Assembly: GCF_006345805.1 (NCBI RefSeq)
Contig: NC_043005.1
Coordinates: forward strand, 97,278,001 to 97,342,000
Source: Octopus sinensis
Taxonomy: Eukaryota
Direction: 5' to 3'
Length of the DNA: 64,000 nt
The position numbers and the translations under genes were made by a program. This document shows, piece after piece, positions 13,898 through 26,330 of the stretch. The notes beneath the pieces were generated by a model. It saw nothing but the letters and a program-made list of their open reading frames with translations. It was not told the DNA's origin and did no database searches. Each line of letters opens with the position of its first letter. Position 1 is the first letter of the stretch.

Positions 13898-13940
13898 CCA
13901 CCTGAAGATTGTCGATCAAGACAAGAAACGATTGTAGTGG
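13898..13940 (+). ncRNA. Type I minimal hammerhead ribozyme, canonical core
   Basis: ccac-CTGAAGA-ttgtc(gatcaa)gacaa-GAAAC-gatt-GTA-gtgg. Stem I is ccac/gtgg, stem II is 5 bp, stem III is near-palindromic (ACGATTGT), and the cleavage triplet is GUA (cut after 13936). This matches the HHR architecture known from Penelope-like elements. Confidence 0.85.
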
Positions 13941-14076
13941 CGGTTTTTTTGACTATTTATTAAATTTTATGTATTGATTAAGTCTTTCCTTGTTTGTTTT
14001 GCAAAATAGTGGTTTTGTCTCAAATAATATTTTATATATATATATATATATATATAATTATTATATATATAATATA

Positions 14077-14141
<65 letters not shown>

Positions 14142-14519
14142 TATACACGTGCACACGCAGCTACCGAATAGTAAACTTTGTATCTACTTAATGATGATAT
14201 GCTGACGCAAAACGTCCGCTACTTATGGTGTAACTGCTAGATCATGTCCTTTCCGCCGGTGCTGGATATTTTTCGCCTGCAGCTGGTACTTCTGTGCTTT
14301 TTAGCACTATACGTCAATACATGACGCTTTCTTAGGGCGAACACTGCAGAATTACAACGTTTTAAAACTATATCCACCTTAAGTACGATATAAAGATTGC
14401 TACCCAGTATAAATGTAGGATATGAAGATTGTTACCCAGTATAAATACTACTTCCGTTACAAAAAATATTTTTACTCAACCCGCCAGCTATTCGCGACAT
14501 GAGTGACTGATTATTCACT

Positions 14520-14569
<50 letters not shown>

Positions 14570-14571
<2 letters not shown>

Positions 14572-15245
14572 TAGCAAATGCACCCGTCATTTGGTTGCTT
14601 TAAGTTGCTTTGGTTGTATTTTTTTCACCAAATAATTGAACTATCGAGAAGGTTTATGAGTAGCACGGCAATCTATGTTTCCGATTAACCTAAGAATAGA
14701 AAACTAAATTGAAGGTTGGTTATTGTAGAGGTTGTTGCACTTTGATGATCATAGAACTTAGCAAGCGAAATGTTTTGGAGGTAGATTAAGGATAATGACC
14801 ACAAAATATACTTGTTTTACATGAAAGCGAAATTTCTTGTCAATGAAATTGAAGGAAGACGTTGAAACCTCTGCGAGTTTTTTTGTTTTTTTTCCAACAG
14901 CAAAGGGAACTATTTCTTCGGAGAGATAAGCTAACCAAAGCCCGTTTATTCTGTTTTCCCACATAGCCTGCGCATAAACTAACAGCGAATGCTGCATAAA
15001 GTTAAATTGGTATGGCGCTTTCTGAAAGATATGTATAACTTTATCTAGTGGAAGCAAAACTCTTATTTAAAGGTTGATTCTTTGAGACAAATCATACGTG
15101 ATTGTTTAAAAAAGGCTAGAACTACAATACTAAAACATACTGAAACAATGGACAACAGTCGAAATATCATAATGGATGGGTAAATAAGCATCCTTATATA
15201 AACACATAGACATGAAGAAGTAGATACCTTATAATCGTTAACATA
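14570..15245 (-). mobile_element. Possible non-autonomous Helitron
   Basis: CTAG at ~14571 next to (TA)n and a T/A-rich opposite end. The hairpin is poor. Confidence 0.25.
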
Positions 15246-15305
15246 TATTTAAATCTGAAATTAGGCATTCAAATTATTTATTATTATAAAGGGAATATTT
15301 GATAT

Positions 15306-16293
15306 TTAGTAGACATGCCCTTTGCATTTAGGCATGCTACTGATCAGGTGACGAATATTTTCTTGGGGAATTTCTTGCCAAGTTTCTTACAGTAATCTCA
15401 AAAGATCTGGCTTCGAGGATGCTTTGTTCTTTTTATGAAGTGCCCTATCCATTATACCCCAGTGGTGTTCAATAGAGTTCATATTTAGTGACTGGCTTGG
15501 CCATGGAAGCTTTTTAATGCCATTCTCATCCAACCAAGCTTGGGTCTTTTTAGCTGTGTGACAAGGAGCCTCAGCTTTCATAAATAAAGAGTCTTCTTTA
15601 AACATTTCACCACTGGAGAAGATTGGTAGGAGTCCTTTCTGCAATATGGACAGATATTTATTTGAGTTTATGTTTCTCTCACACTCCACCAGCTCTGATC
15701 AACCATTGCTCCAAATTGCCTCCCAGACCATCACAGATTAGCCGCTGTGTTTCATTGTTGGCTGCAATTTTTTCCCGTCAAATTCTTTATCACAGAATCT
15801 GCACTCAGCAGAGAATATGACAGGGTCCCAAAATTCTCGTGGGTTCTCCTCCATCTCATTGTCCCAATATTTTATTCGCTTGATATTGGCTGGTTGAAGA
15901 AGTCGCTTCCTTCTTGCTGCTCTGCCATAGTAGCCAATTTTGTGGAGATACATGACAGCTGTTCCGAGACCGACATCAACTTATTCTGCTATGTTAGAGG
16001 CCTTCCAACGACGATTATCCTCTACACATCTCTTAACAAAACGAAGGGTCCTGTCAGAAAGCTCTGGTCGACGTGAACGAGGTGTTGTTGACTGACTTCT
16101 TTCTCTCCCTGGTGAATTGCACAATCACTCTATTGACTATACAAACATTGATCCCAAACTCTATTGACTATACAAACATTGATCCCAAGGTGTTTTCTGT
16201 GATTTTATGCTGATTTAGTCCACGTTCAGATTGACTCACAATACGGTCTCTTTGAGATTCAGACAGTTCCAAGGCTTCTTTTGTACGTGACAT
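15306..16293 (-). pseudogene. Tc1-family DD34E-type transposase pseudogene
   Basis: MSRTKE..LSESQRDRIV, GYYGRAARRK, WDPVIFS, SVMVW, APCHTAKKTQAWL...WPSQSLNMNSIEHHW. Many stops and frameshifts, plus a 31-bp tandem duplication at 16127-16188. TIRs not found. Confidence 0.9.
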
Positions 16294-16710
16294 GATTAAA
16301 CAGTCACATATAGAACTTGAAACATAAAATGCCAATTAATAAAAAATATAAACCGTTTCAAGTGAAAATAAGCATAAGACGATGTTTTATGGAGTGTCTA
16401 ATTACTTCTGTCTTGCCTGTGTATATGTATGCACACACACACACACACATACACATATATACATGCGTTTCTATTTCTCTAGTTTTCATTCTCCGTTCTT
16501 TTCTCATCTGCATTATCTAATCTTTTAGAAGAAGAGGGAATGCTCGAAAAGTTACAAACACTTACATCTTTTGTTTTTTTCTTCCCCTATTTACATTTTT
16601 TTTCCTAATGGTCTGCTTTTCTTTTTACTCATCTTTGCGGTTGTGTTTTTTTCACTGTGTGTGTGTATCTGCGTGTGTACGTGTATACATATGTATACAT
16701 GTATGTATGC

Positions 16711-16745
<35 letters not shown>

Positions 16746-17211
16746 CGTGTGCGAATATATATGTGTGTGTGTGTGTGCATATATATATATGCATATATAT
16801 ATCTATGTGTCTATTTATCTATATACATTTGTGTGTGTGTATATATACATTTATATATTTTTTGTGCATATATATACGTATATATCTATCTATCTGTCTA
16901 TATGTTTCATGCGCGCGCGTGCGTGTGCGTGTATACATATACATACATATACATATACATACACATCCATTTATATGCATATATATATATATACATACAT
17001 GCATACATGCGTACATACGTATATACATACATACATACATACATACTACATACATACAAACATACATATATACATAATACATACATACACACACACATAC
17101 ATACATACATGTGTGTCTATATGTACGAGCTGATATGCAGAACATTAATACGTAAGTGCATACATATATATATACATAAATATAATAATGTATATATACT
17201 CACATGTGTGC

Positions 17212-17246
<35 letters not shown>

Positions 17247-17872
17247 TGTGTGTGTTGCATCAGCGCTATACACATAAACTTGCCACAGATTATACGAAAT
17301 TCTCCTGTATTTGCTTATTGTTTTTATTTTGCATCTTTTTATTTACTCAATATGATAAGTCTTTCCACGTTTTCGTGTATAAATAACCACAGAATTAAAT
17401 TACAACTCTAACATAATTATAGATAGCTTCAGTTATGGCTGGCTGAAGCCTATCTAAGGCTAGCTGCGAAAGCAGTTTTAAAGCATGGAATGAGCGGAGA
17501 GCCAAACAATGGATTTTGGGGAGAAAAATGGAAAAACAAAAAGTATGTAAAAACGATTACGAAATATCATTCATCAGTTTCTCTCTTTCTCTCTTTCTCC
17601 TTCCCTGTCTTTCTCTGTATACACTATTCATACACACGCATAGACACATATATACATATACATTCATACACAAACATACATACACACATATACACAAACC
17701 TATGCAATGTTTACAATTTTGCATATTGCTGCTTCTTTTGTTGTTGTATAAGATACATACATACATACATACATACATACATACATGTGTAAGGTTAATA
17801 TGTAGTATATTCATATATACATACATATCTATATGTATGTGGTTGGTTGGCATATCTATATGTATGAGGTCG

Positions 17873-18230
17873 GTTACGACGACGACGGTACCAGTTGATC
17901 CGATCACTGGAGCAGCCTGCTCGGGAAATTAACGTGCAAGTGGCTGGACACTCCACAGACACGTGTACCCTTAACGTAGTTCTTGGGGAGATTCAGCGTG
18001 ACACATAGTGTGACAAGACTGGCCATTTGAAATACGGGTAAAATAGAAACGAGAAGAAAGACTGAGAGAAATGTGTGGTGAAAGAGTTCAGCAGGGTTCA
18101 CCACCACCCCCTGCCGAAGTCTCGTGGAGCTTTAGGCGTTTTTGCTCAATAAACACTCACAACACCCGGTCTGGGAATCGAAACCATGATCCTACGACCG
18201 CATGTCCACTGCCCTAATAACCACTGGGCC

Positions 18231-18232
<2 letters not shown>
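17873..18232 (-). mobile_element. tRNA-derived SINE family 3 (related fragments at ~22240-22400 on + and ~26050-26230 on -)
   Basis: Minus-strand head ggcccagtggttattagggcagtggac...ggtttcgattcccagacc (A/B boxes), ending in a (CGT)n-type tail. Confidence 0.65.
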
Positions 18233-18280
<48 letters not shown>

Positions 18281-18283
<3 letters not shown>

Positions 18284-20430
18284 AGATAAGAAAATGGAGA
18301 AATACATCTAAATCAAATATCAATTACCAGATAATACTCAATCACATACTTTATTAAACCACCACATAAGAGACTGTAGGGTTAAACATAAAAAAGCAGA
18401 ACAAATCAGTGTACATAGAGGAATGTACATAAAAAAGTGTACATAAAAGAATAATGTTGTATAATAAGTAGAATATATATAAAAAAGAGAATATAAATAT
18501 AAGTAAATATAAATATAAGTATAGATTACATCTTACAGCTGTTTCGGCCATGTAGATAAGCATGTCTCATTTTACCAATATTAGCCTTTTATGGTAGGTC
18601 AATATATAGATATAAATGAGACATTTACAAAAATATCATAAAGCCTCCTCGGAGATATACATATACATATGAGTGCATATACTCACACTCCTATACACAT
18701 AAAAATATACATATACATAATAATGTAAATAAATAATATGAATTAGAAAACATATATATGTTCCACACTCACTGTTTCAGTTTTTCAACTTAATATTGTG
18801 ATAATAAACATACACATATTAGTACCTATATGCAAATATACATAATCAATAGTACATTATATTACTTCCTACTAATTTCCAAAGTGTCATTAAAGTTAGC
18901 ATCATTATCGTTGTCAATACCATTAATGCTACCATTATTATCATTCATAATATTATTAATAACGCTTACATTAGGATCCGAAGTGGCACATATGTATGTC
19001 CGGGTTCCAGTTAGTAATTTTCCTTATGACATAAATACACATAAACCCACACACACATGGACACACACATGAATACACCCCGACACATCCCTACACATTC
19101 ACTAGATTGCAGAGTGCATGTCTGTCATCGCATGGCTTATAGACACATCAGTACAGGCAGCAGTGTCTATACACTAACACACACACTCACACGCACATCT
19201 GCATATACTCATAAATATTAATACACTCTCATATACTGTATCAGGGAACATTCGCACACACATATATACATATTTAAATATATGTCTGCGCACTCATACG
19301 TACAAATAAAACCTATACTTATATCCACCCATGAATAAATATTTGCATATACATATATACATATCCAAATACGCACCTGCGTACTCATATGTATATGAAA
19401 AACATACATCCGTACATCCACCCACGAACATACCTATACGTACAAAAACATACATACGTACACATACACATTTTCACACACCTCGACACCTCAACCCACA
19501 TCCACTAAATCATAAATTAAAAATATATGTCTGCCCATCCAAAGACGTATATATACATACACAAAAAGTAAACAGAAGTTACTATTAACTTAGATATAAG
19601 TTCATTAATTATAAATTAAATTAAATTGACTATAAGTTAGTAAGTGCCAAATGAACAAAAATAAATAATTAAATAAATAAATATAAATATATATATATAT
19701 ATATCCATGTATAGATAAATTGATAAATAAAATGGAATACAAATTAAGAAGAGCACAAAGATAAACCTAATATAGTAAATATAAGTGGATACGCCGAAAT
19801 GCACCCACATGCACATACAAGTGCATGTACGCCCCCGCACGGACACGCGAATTCATGGCTGGGCCCACGCGCACACACGATCACCGAGATGTACACCAGA
19901 ACACGCGTACAAGTACACGCGAATGTCCGCAAGCGCAGCGCGCGAGAGTGCACACGTTGATGCACATGCGCGGGCGCACAAACTCCGGTGCAGCGCCACC
20001 CGAGCCCACGCTTGTGCAGCAGAAATACAGCAACCCCCAACAAACCAACCGTAAAAAAAAAAACTTATATGCTCATCGGGATAAACAACTTATACTAATT
20101 ATAGACACTCACATATTACATATTGGTACAGCAAAAACTCAAACTAATGCCCTAAGGTATGATGGCTTATACACCCTACACAGATAAAAGATTGTGGGGT
20201 TCCGAATATCATGCATATATCAGAATAACTATATATTTTTCAGTCGGGACAGAAACATTCAATATAGAACACACATATGGAGACACAAAGTTATAAATTA
20301 TAAATTGTAAGGACCAATAGTACAGTCCTATATAGAGGAATGCTAAAAGATTACTGGTAGAAGAATTAGATGTTATTTAAATCTAGAGAAAGTGTACGCC
20401 AATTTGAGAAGGCAAAAAAAATTTCGCTCA
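18281..20430. mobile_element. Decayed Penelope-like element: HHR-bearing end abutting (TA)n, AC-rich spacer, GC-rich patch at 19790-20050, and possible ORF N-terminal remnant at ~20100-20430
   Basis: HHR at 18527-18659 and a minus-strand 3' end running into (TA)n at 18234-18280. Strand-asymmetric AC/GT composition resembles the palindrome arms. The stop-riddled frame includes RNAKRLLVEELD, a weak resemblance to PLE N-termini. Confidence 0.5.
18527..18659 (-). ncRNA. Hammerhead ribozyme with CCGAGGA core and ~94-nt stem II insertion
   Basis: Reverse complement is tatatct-CCGAGGA-ggc[94 nt including an atgtctcattt/aaatgagacat helix]gcc-GAAAC-agct-GTA-agatgta. Stem I is 7 bp with one G-U, stem II closes with ggc/gcc, and stem III is the palindrome ACAGCTGT. 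Confidence 0.7.
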
Positions 20431-20607
20431 TTAATGCTGTTAATAATGGGTTGGCCGGCTTTACCTTTGCCCATATAATACAGTAAATGAATTGATTGCA
20501 TCGCAATCCTTAACATTTATGTATTAACTTTGTTGGGTACTTCCCTAGCAGTAAATTGGATATATGTTATCCCATGGAGGGTTGCATTTACAACCCCTAT
20601 CTCAATT

Positions 20608-20654
<47 letters not shown>

Positions 20655-21775
20655 CGTAGATGTAGATGTGTGTGTGTATATATATGTGTATGTGTGTGTA
20701 TGTTTGTATGTATGTATGTATGTATGTATGTATGTATGTATGTACGTACGTATGTATGTATGTATGTATGTATGTATGTATGTATGTATGTATGTATGTA
20801 TGTGTGTGTGTATGTATGTGTGCATGCTTGTATGTGTCACTGTATCTTCAAAAACACAACATAGCACTTGTCTGAGAATGGAAACCACGACTGCAATATC
20901 AAGAGTGCTACATTCTAGCCAGTTGGCCACACAGGATGCATTTATGTAATCAACAAGCGGAGACAGAAATACCAGTGAATTGTCCAATGAAAAATGATAT
21001 TAAAATTATGCAGTTAAACGGTTTTGGATAATCAATTTCAGAAAACGGCATCAACAACAAGTTGACCAATGAAAAATAAAAGAACCAGCAAATTGGTAAT
21101 GAAACAATAACGATTGAAGACAACGCTTGAAAAAAATAATATTAGAAATAAAACAGTTTAATGGATAGTCATCGACTATTTTAGCTCTTCATTTTCATCT
21201 GAAACGGTGCTCCTGCATAGCCGTAGATGATGCATAAGACAAACGAAAGATTTAAAGAATATGCATTGTACATTAAAAGGTGAAAGCTGGCATTAGTTTT
21301 CACTTTCGTATATTCGTTAAAATATTTATCTTAAATTTAACACCATTACCCCTACGAACGAAAGTTTTCACCTCACCGCAGTTTACAATATCTACGATAT
21401 ATACATAAGTTCCTGGATAATGATATCAGATAAGATGATTTGCTTGGGAATGATCCAAGACATTTTCTCACATGATATCGTGAAATGAATACTTATCAAT
21501 TCGACAAATTTCTAAATGAAATTACTTCTCTGATAATCCAAGTTGAACGATGGGAAACATTTGTGAAAATCAGATTAGCGTTGCAATTCTATTGCTTGAA
21601 TCTTCCAGAAAATGCTAAAATATAACGAACAAATTAAACCGTTAGGAATGCGGAATGGATGAAAAATAAACGAATCTAGAATCGTTAATTGGGACTGATT
21701 GAGTTAAGTAATGGAGATGATTGGTTTCGCTGCTGTGCTGTAAATTCAAATGTCCATGAAAGGTTTCTAGGACGA

Positions 21776-22025
<250 letters not shown>

Positions 22026-22548
22026 CACAAGTTGAGCACAAAACTTACGAATAAGAATTGTAAAGGCTGAAATTTACTTGGGAAATTGGAACAAATTCTG
22101 GTCAACCAATTGTCATTTTCGCCTTTTTATTTATTTCTTTATTATATATTTCGGACGTACATAAGTAGATTCATGTTCCGAATTCTTGAAATGTCTCTTA
22201 TGTTTTGATTAAATAATTTGTGGTTTCCATGCTTTGTGAAGACACCTAGTGGTTAGGTTGTTGCACGCAAGACCGTGATTTCGATTCTCGGACCGGCGGT
22301 GCGTTGTGTTCTTGTGTTCTTCAGCAGAAGACTTCATTTCCCGCTGCTGTCGTCCACTCAGCAGTGAATGAATGACCTGCGACAGACTGGCGTGAAGGGA
22401 GGTAAATGAAAGGAAGCCAAATCTGTTTTATTATCTGCAAGGGTCAGCTTTTAGAACGTAGTTTCTTAATACATCAATCTTCGCCTAAAAGATTTCTCGC
22501 TACTGTTACTGAACGTTTTTTCAAGACAATTATTCTAGGATGGAATTA

Positions 22549-22575
22549 TCCATCCATCCATCCATCCATCCATCC

Positions 22576-22613
<38 letters not shown>

Positions 22614-22646
22614 ATCTATCTATCTATCTATCTGTCTATCTGTCAG

Positions 22647-22681
<35 letters not shown>

Positions 22682-22807
22682 GTCTATCTATCTATCTTTC
22701 TATCTATCTATCTATTATCTGTCTATCTATGTATATAATTCTATCTATCTATCTATCTGTCTGTCTATCTATCTATCTGTCTATCTGTCTATGTATATAT
22801 CTGTCTG

Positions 22808-22844
<37 letters not shown>

Positions 22845-22909
22845 GTAGCTATCTCTATCTATCTATCTGTCTGTCTATCTATCTATCTGTCTATGTATCT
22901 ATCTGTATG

Positions 22910-22940
<31 letters not shown>
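22549..22940. repeat. (TCCA)/(TCTA)n microsatellite (also 42673-42825 and 43100-43245)
   Basis: Direct inspection. Confidence 0.95.
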
Positions 22941-22941
<1 letters not shown>

Positions 22942-23629
22942 CCTGTTTATTTTTCTGTACACATATACACACAAACACACAGTGTGTGCTTGTGTGTTTC
23001 TCGGTGCTAGAAGGAAACGACCTACAGGGAACTGTCTGCAACAGCGACGGCAGCAGTAGCAACAAAAGCCGATGTCGTCGGCAGAAATTTAGGTTCCACA
23101 ATTCGTATTGCAAATTGCTAGAGAAGACTTCTTCATACAAACTTTCACTTACCGTTACATCGAGCAAATAATTAAAAACCGTAACTATGACATTTCCAAT
23201 GAAGAAAACGTTCTGTCTGCTGTTGAGGTTCTCATAACATCTTATGTATCTGAGAAGGACCTCTTCGGTTAATTAGCCGTGTAACTCATAAGAGATAACT
23301 AATCGCAGGCATTGTTGCGTGGTTTAGAAGCTGGTTTTTGGTACCACTTGGCTTGGGTTTATACGTATGCACGCATGTATATATGTATGTATGTATGTAT
23401 AAGTGTGTGTATGTATGTATGTATGTATGTATGAATAAATGTATGTATGTATTTGTATGTATGTATGTATGTATGTATGTATGTATGTATAAGTGTGTAT
23501 ATGTATGTAGGTATTTATATAGGCACGCATGCATGCATGCATGTATGTATGCATGTATGTATGTATGAATAAATGTATGTATGTATGTATATGTATGTAT
23601 AAGTGTGTATATGTATGTATGTATGTATG

Positions 23630-24684
23630 TCTCTTTTGTTATATAATTATTGTAAATCTTCCACTGAGGAAGGAGCTGGTTTCCAACAAAGATACAAAGC
23701 TTCATCTTTGGGATGTAGTTAACAAAGACATATTCACATTTGGAACTTGAGAAAAGTCTTGCATATTTTTACTGTTCCACTCACAGATTGCACGTGTAAT
23801 GTACGAATCAGCCAGTCGATTTCTCTTTCTGAAAATCCCAGTTTATCCAGATTCTCCTTTAAGTATTTACTAATAAAACCTAGTGTTCCATTTATTATTG
23901 GTATGAATTGAATTCATAGTCTGGATATAGAAGCTGGGGGTTTCGAAGCAGTTGTCCATAGATATCATCTTTTTCTTTGGTTTTCAAAAAGATATTTATA
24001 TCTGCAGGGCAGCTGACCTCTATGACGATACATACCTTTGCCCCTCTGTCCCAAACAACAATGTCCGGCCTGTTACGTTTACATTTGACAGAAGTTTTGA
24101 TGGGAATATTTCACCAGTATTCCTTGAGTTGGTGTTTATGAATGTATTCCATAACAGAGGGATTTCCTAATATTATTTCAGGATAGTCTTTTTTGTGAAT
24201 GCCATTGTTAATTGTTTTAGCGACAACATCGTGCCGCATAGGGAAGTAGTACAGTGACAACATTTTAGGACAGTTGCTAATCACATGCATGATGTCTTCC
24301 ACTGAAACATGAAACAGCATGCACATGCGGTTGCACCTTGGGATTACAAGAGCGTCACTGTCTCTCTTGTTCACCAGGTACTTTGTGACAATCTCCTGTT
24401 CCTGGGTTGCAAACGCGTAGCCTTCAAAGTATGATGTGATGTAGTGGTCTTGTGCCCAAGAGAGGCTGCGCTCCGTGTCAATTCTACTGTCTTCAAACTT
24501 CCGGGCAACATACCTAGCAGAGACTTTTTTTGTATCTGAGTGCTTTCCATCCAGGTCTTCTCTGAGGTAAGGGGGCCCAGCTGTTTTGGGGCTGCATAGG
24601 AGATCATCAGGAAGAGAATGCTTCTTGGGGAGCTCACTGCCAACTCGTACAATGTTGCTCACTTCACTTTTCAGCACTGCGTTT
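23630..24684 (-). mobile_element. 5'-truncated R4/Dong-clade LINE (family B) embedded in a (TACA)n/(ATGT)n array
   Basis: CNRMCMLFHVSVEDIMHVISNCPKM...RHDVVAK (zinc-finger region), W*NIPIKT...RPDIVVWD...IEVSCPAD...KEKDDIY and FIPIINGTLG...ICKTFLKFQM* (stop at 23734-23736). ATGT repeats lie at both junctions. Confidence 0.85.
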
Positions 24685-25482
24685 ATGTATGTATGTATGT
24701 ATGTATGTATGTATGTATGTATGTATGTATGTATGTGCATGTGTCTTTGTGTTTGTGTTTGTTCTCTATTGTCGCTTGACAACCGGTGTCCGTTTGTTTG
24801 TATCCCCGTGACATTAGCGGCTCAGCAAAAGTTACTGATAGAATAAGTATTAGATTTAAAATAAGTACTACGGCCGATTTCTTTGACTAAACCTTTAAAG
24901 GCAGTGCCCCAGCATGGTCGCAGTCCAGTGACCGAAACAAGTAAACGGTACTGGATTAAAGAATAATGACCATGACGTAAGTTTTTTCCCCTTTATGTGT
25001 CTCATTAGAACGCCTTTCAGTAATTTGCATATAACTCCTTCTATAATGACGAGACATCATTAGCGTGTGCGCGCCTGCGGATGCATTTGTGCGTGCGCGT
25101 GCGCGTGATACGTCATTGCATTGGCATCTTTCTTTACAGCAAGTTGTCATTTTTTTTTTTGCATCATATAATTAACTAAGGTAAATAAATTCTCTGTTGT
25201 CATAGCAATCAAGATTACGTCAATTTGAATTTATTTATTTATTATTAATTTATTCATTAGAAACTACTTGACCGGGACAAGAATAGAAATCCCGGTCCCA
25301 TAAAACAGTACACACACACACACAGGCACTTACTCAAGCACTCATAATGCGACGTTATCATATGCAAATTCGCACGTATTCAAGACCGTGTGTTTAAGTG
25401 AGCTGAGATATGAAAAGCTATATTTTCAACAACACTATGTAATTTATATCTCGAGCCTTTGTTTGACGGTATCAATATTAAA

Positions 25483-25718
25483 TTTAAGGCGGCGAACTGG
25501 CTGAACCGTTAGCACGCCGGGCGAAATGCTTAGCGGTATTTCGTCTGCCGTTACGTTCTGAGTTCAAATTCCGCCGAGGTCGACTTTGCCTTTCATCCTT
25601 TCGCGGTCGATTAAATAAGTACCAGTTACGCACTGGGGTCGATGTAATCGACTTAATACCTATGTCTGTCCTTGTTTGTCCCCTCTGTGTTTAGCCTCTT
25701 GTGGGCGATAAAGAAATA
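25483..25718 (+). mobile_element. tRNA-derived SINE family 2 (central gcctttcatcctttcggggtcgataa domain, Nin/Deu-like) with 15-bp TSD
   Basis: B-box gagttcaaattcc. TSD ggtatcaatattaaa at 25468-25482 and 25719-25733. The superfamily assignment is from memory and tentative. Confidence 0.85.
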
Positions 25719-26330
25719 GGTATCAATATTAAACTTTAGACTGACGTGGGCCAGTTGTTTTTGAGAAGCGGGCAGCACAACACATAGCTCTTTATCAGGC
25801 AAGTTGAACTTCTAAAAATATTCAAAATATTTTTCGTTAGATGTGCCATTCAGAAAGTCCCACAGTTGGCCCATAACTACTTTAGACGGACATTTATGTT
25901 AAAATTCTAAATATGGGTACAAGCAGGGATGCGTGGAAACGAATCTCGACTATATTGTGGTTCACTTGAGATAATTCATTTCTACCATAGCCTCGAGTAG
26001 AATAATTTGGCAAATGAAAACTGTACGGAAGCTCGTACAATGCTGTTTCTCACGTTGGTTTAGCTTTTGGGATGACACCACTCCGCTGGCCATGCAATAT
26101 AATGGGACACCAGTCCATTGCAAGGTTACCCAGATACAGCTGAGTGAACGGGTGTTATGTAAAATTAAGTGCTTTGCTCATGACACAACTCCCCGCCAAT
26201 CTGGGAATCGAACCCACCATCATGCGATCATGCGTGCATGTATGTATATGGATATATGTGTATATTTACGTGTTTCCGTCTTTTGTATATATCGATGTAA
26301 AAATACCTGAAGGTATTTTCTTTATTAATA

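Larger units (their letters stand above)
8849..14036. repeat. ~5.2 kb inverted duplication (palindrome) of a non-autonomous Penelope-like/retrozyme-like element; arms ~8849-11428 and ~11434-14036
   Basis: The arms are reverse complements along their length (e.g. 8947-8988 vs 13898-13940, 11272-11428 vs 11434-11600). Axis is GGCTGGAGTGG-ccgtt-CCACTCCAGCC at 11418-11444. Both outer ends lie at or near (TA)n runs. Differences seen are mostly 1-2 nt indels. Confidence 0.95.

Noticed and set aside
14758-15057. 99-aa minus-strand ORF
   Set aside because: No domain similarity, and it lies in a probable non-autonomous repeat.
21642-21770. Minus-strand candidate last exon ETFHGHLNLQ...PHS* after ctAG
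   Set aside because: The acceptor context is a TTA microsatellite, the peptide is unrecognised, and there is no partner exon.
25362-25369. Octamer ATGCAAAT as an snRNA or POU regulatory site
   Set aside because: An 8-mer like this is expected by chance in 64 kb of AT-rich DNA, and no snRNA gene is nearby.
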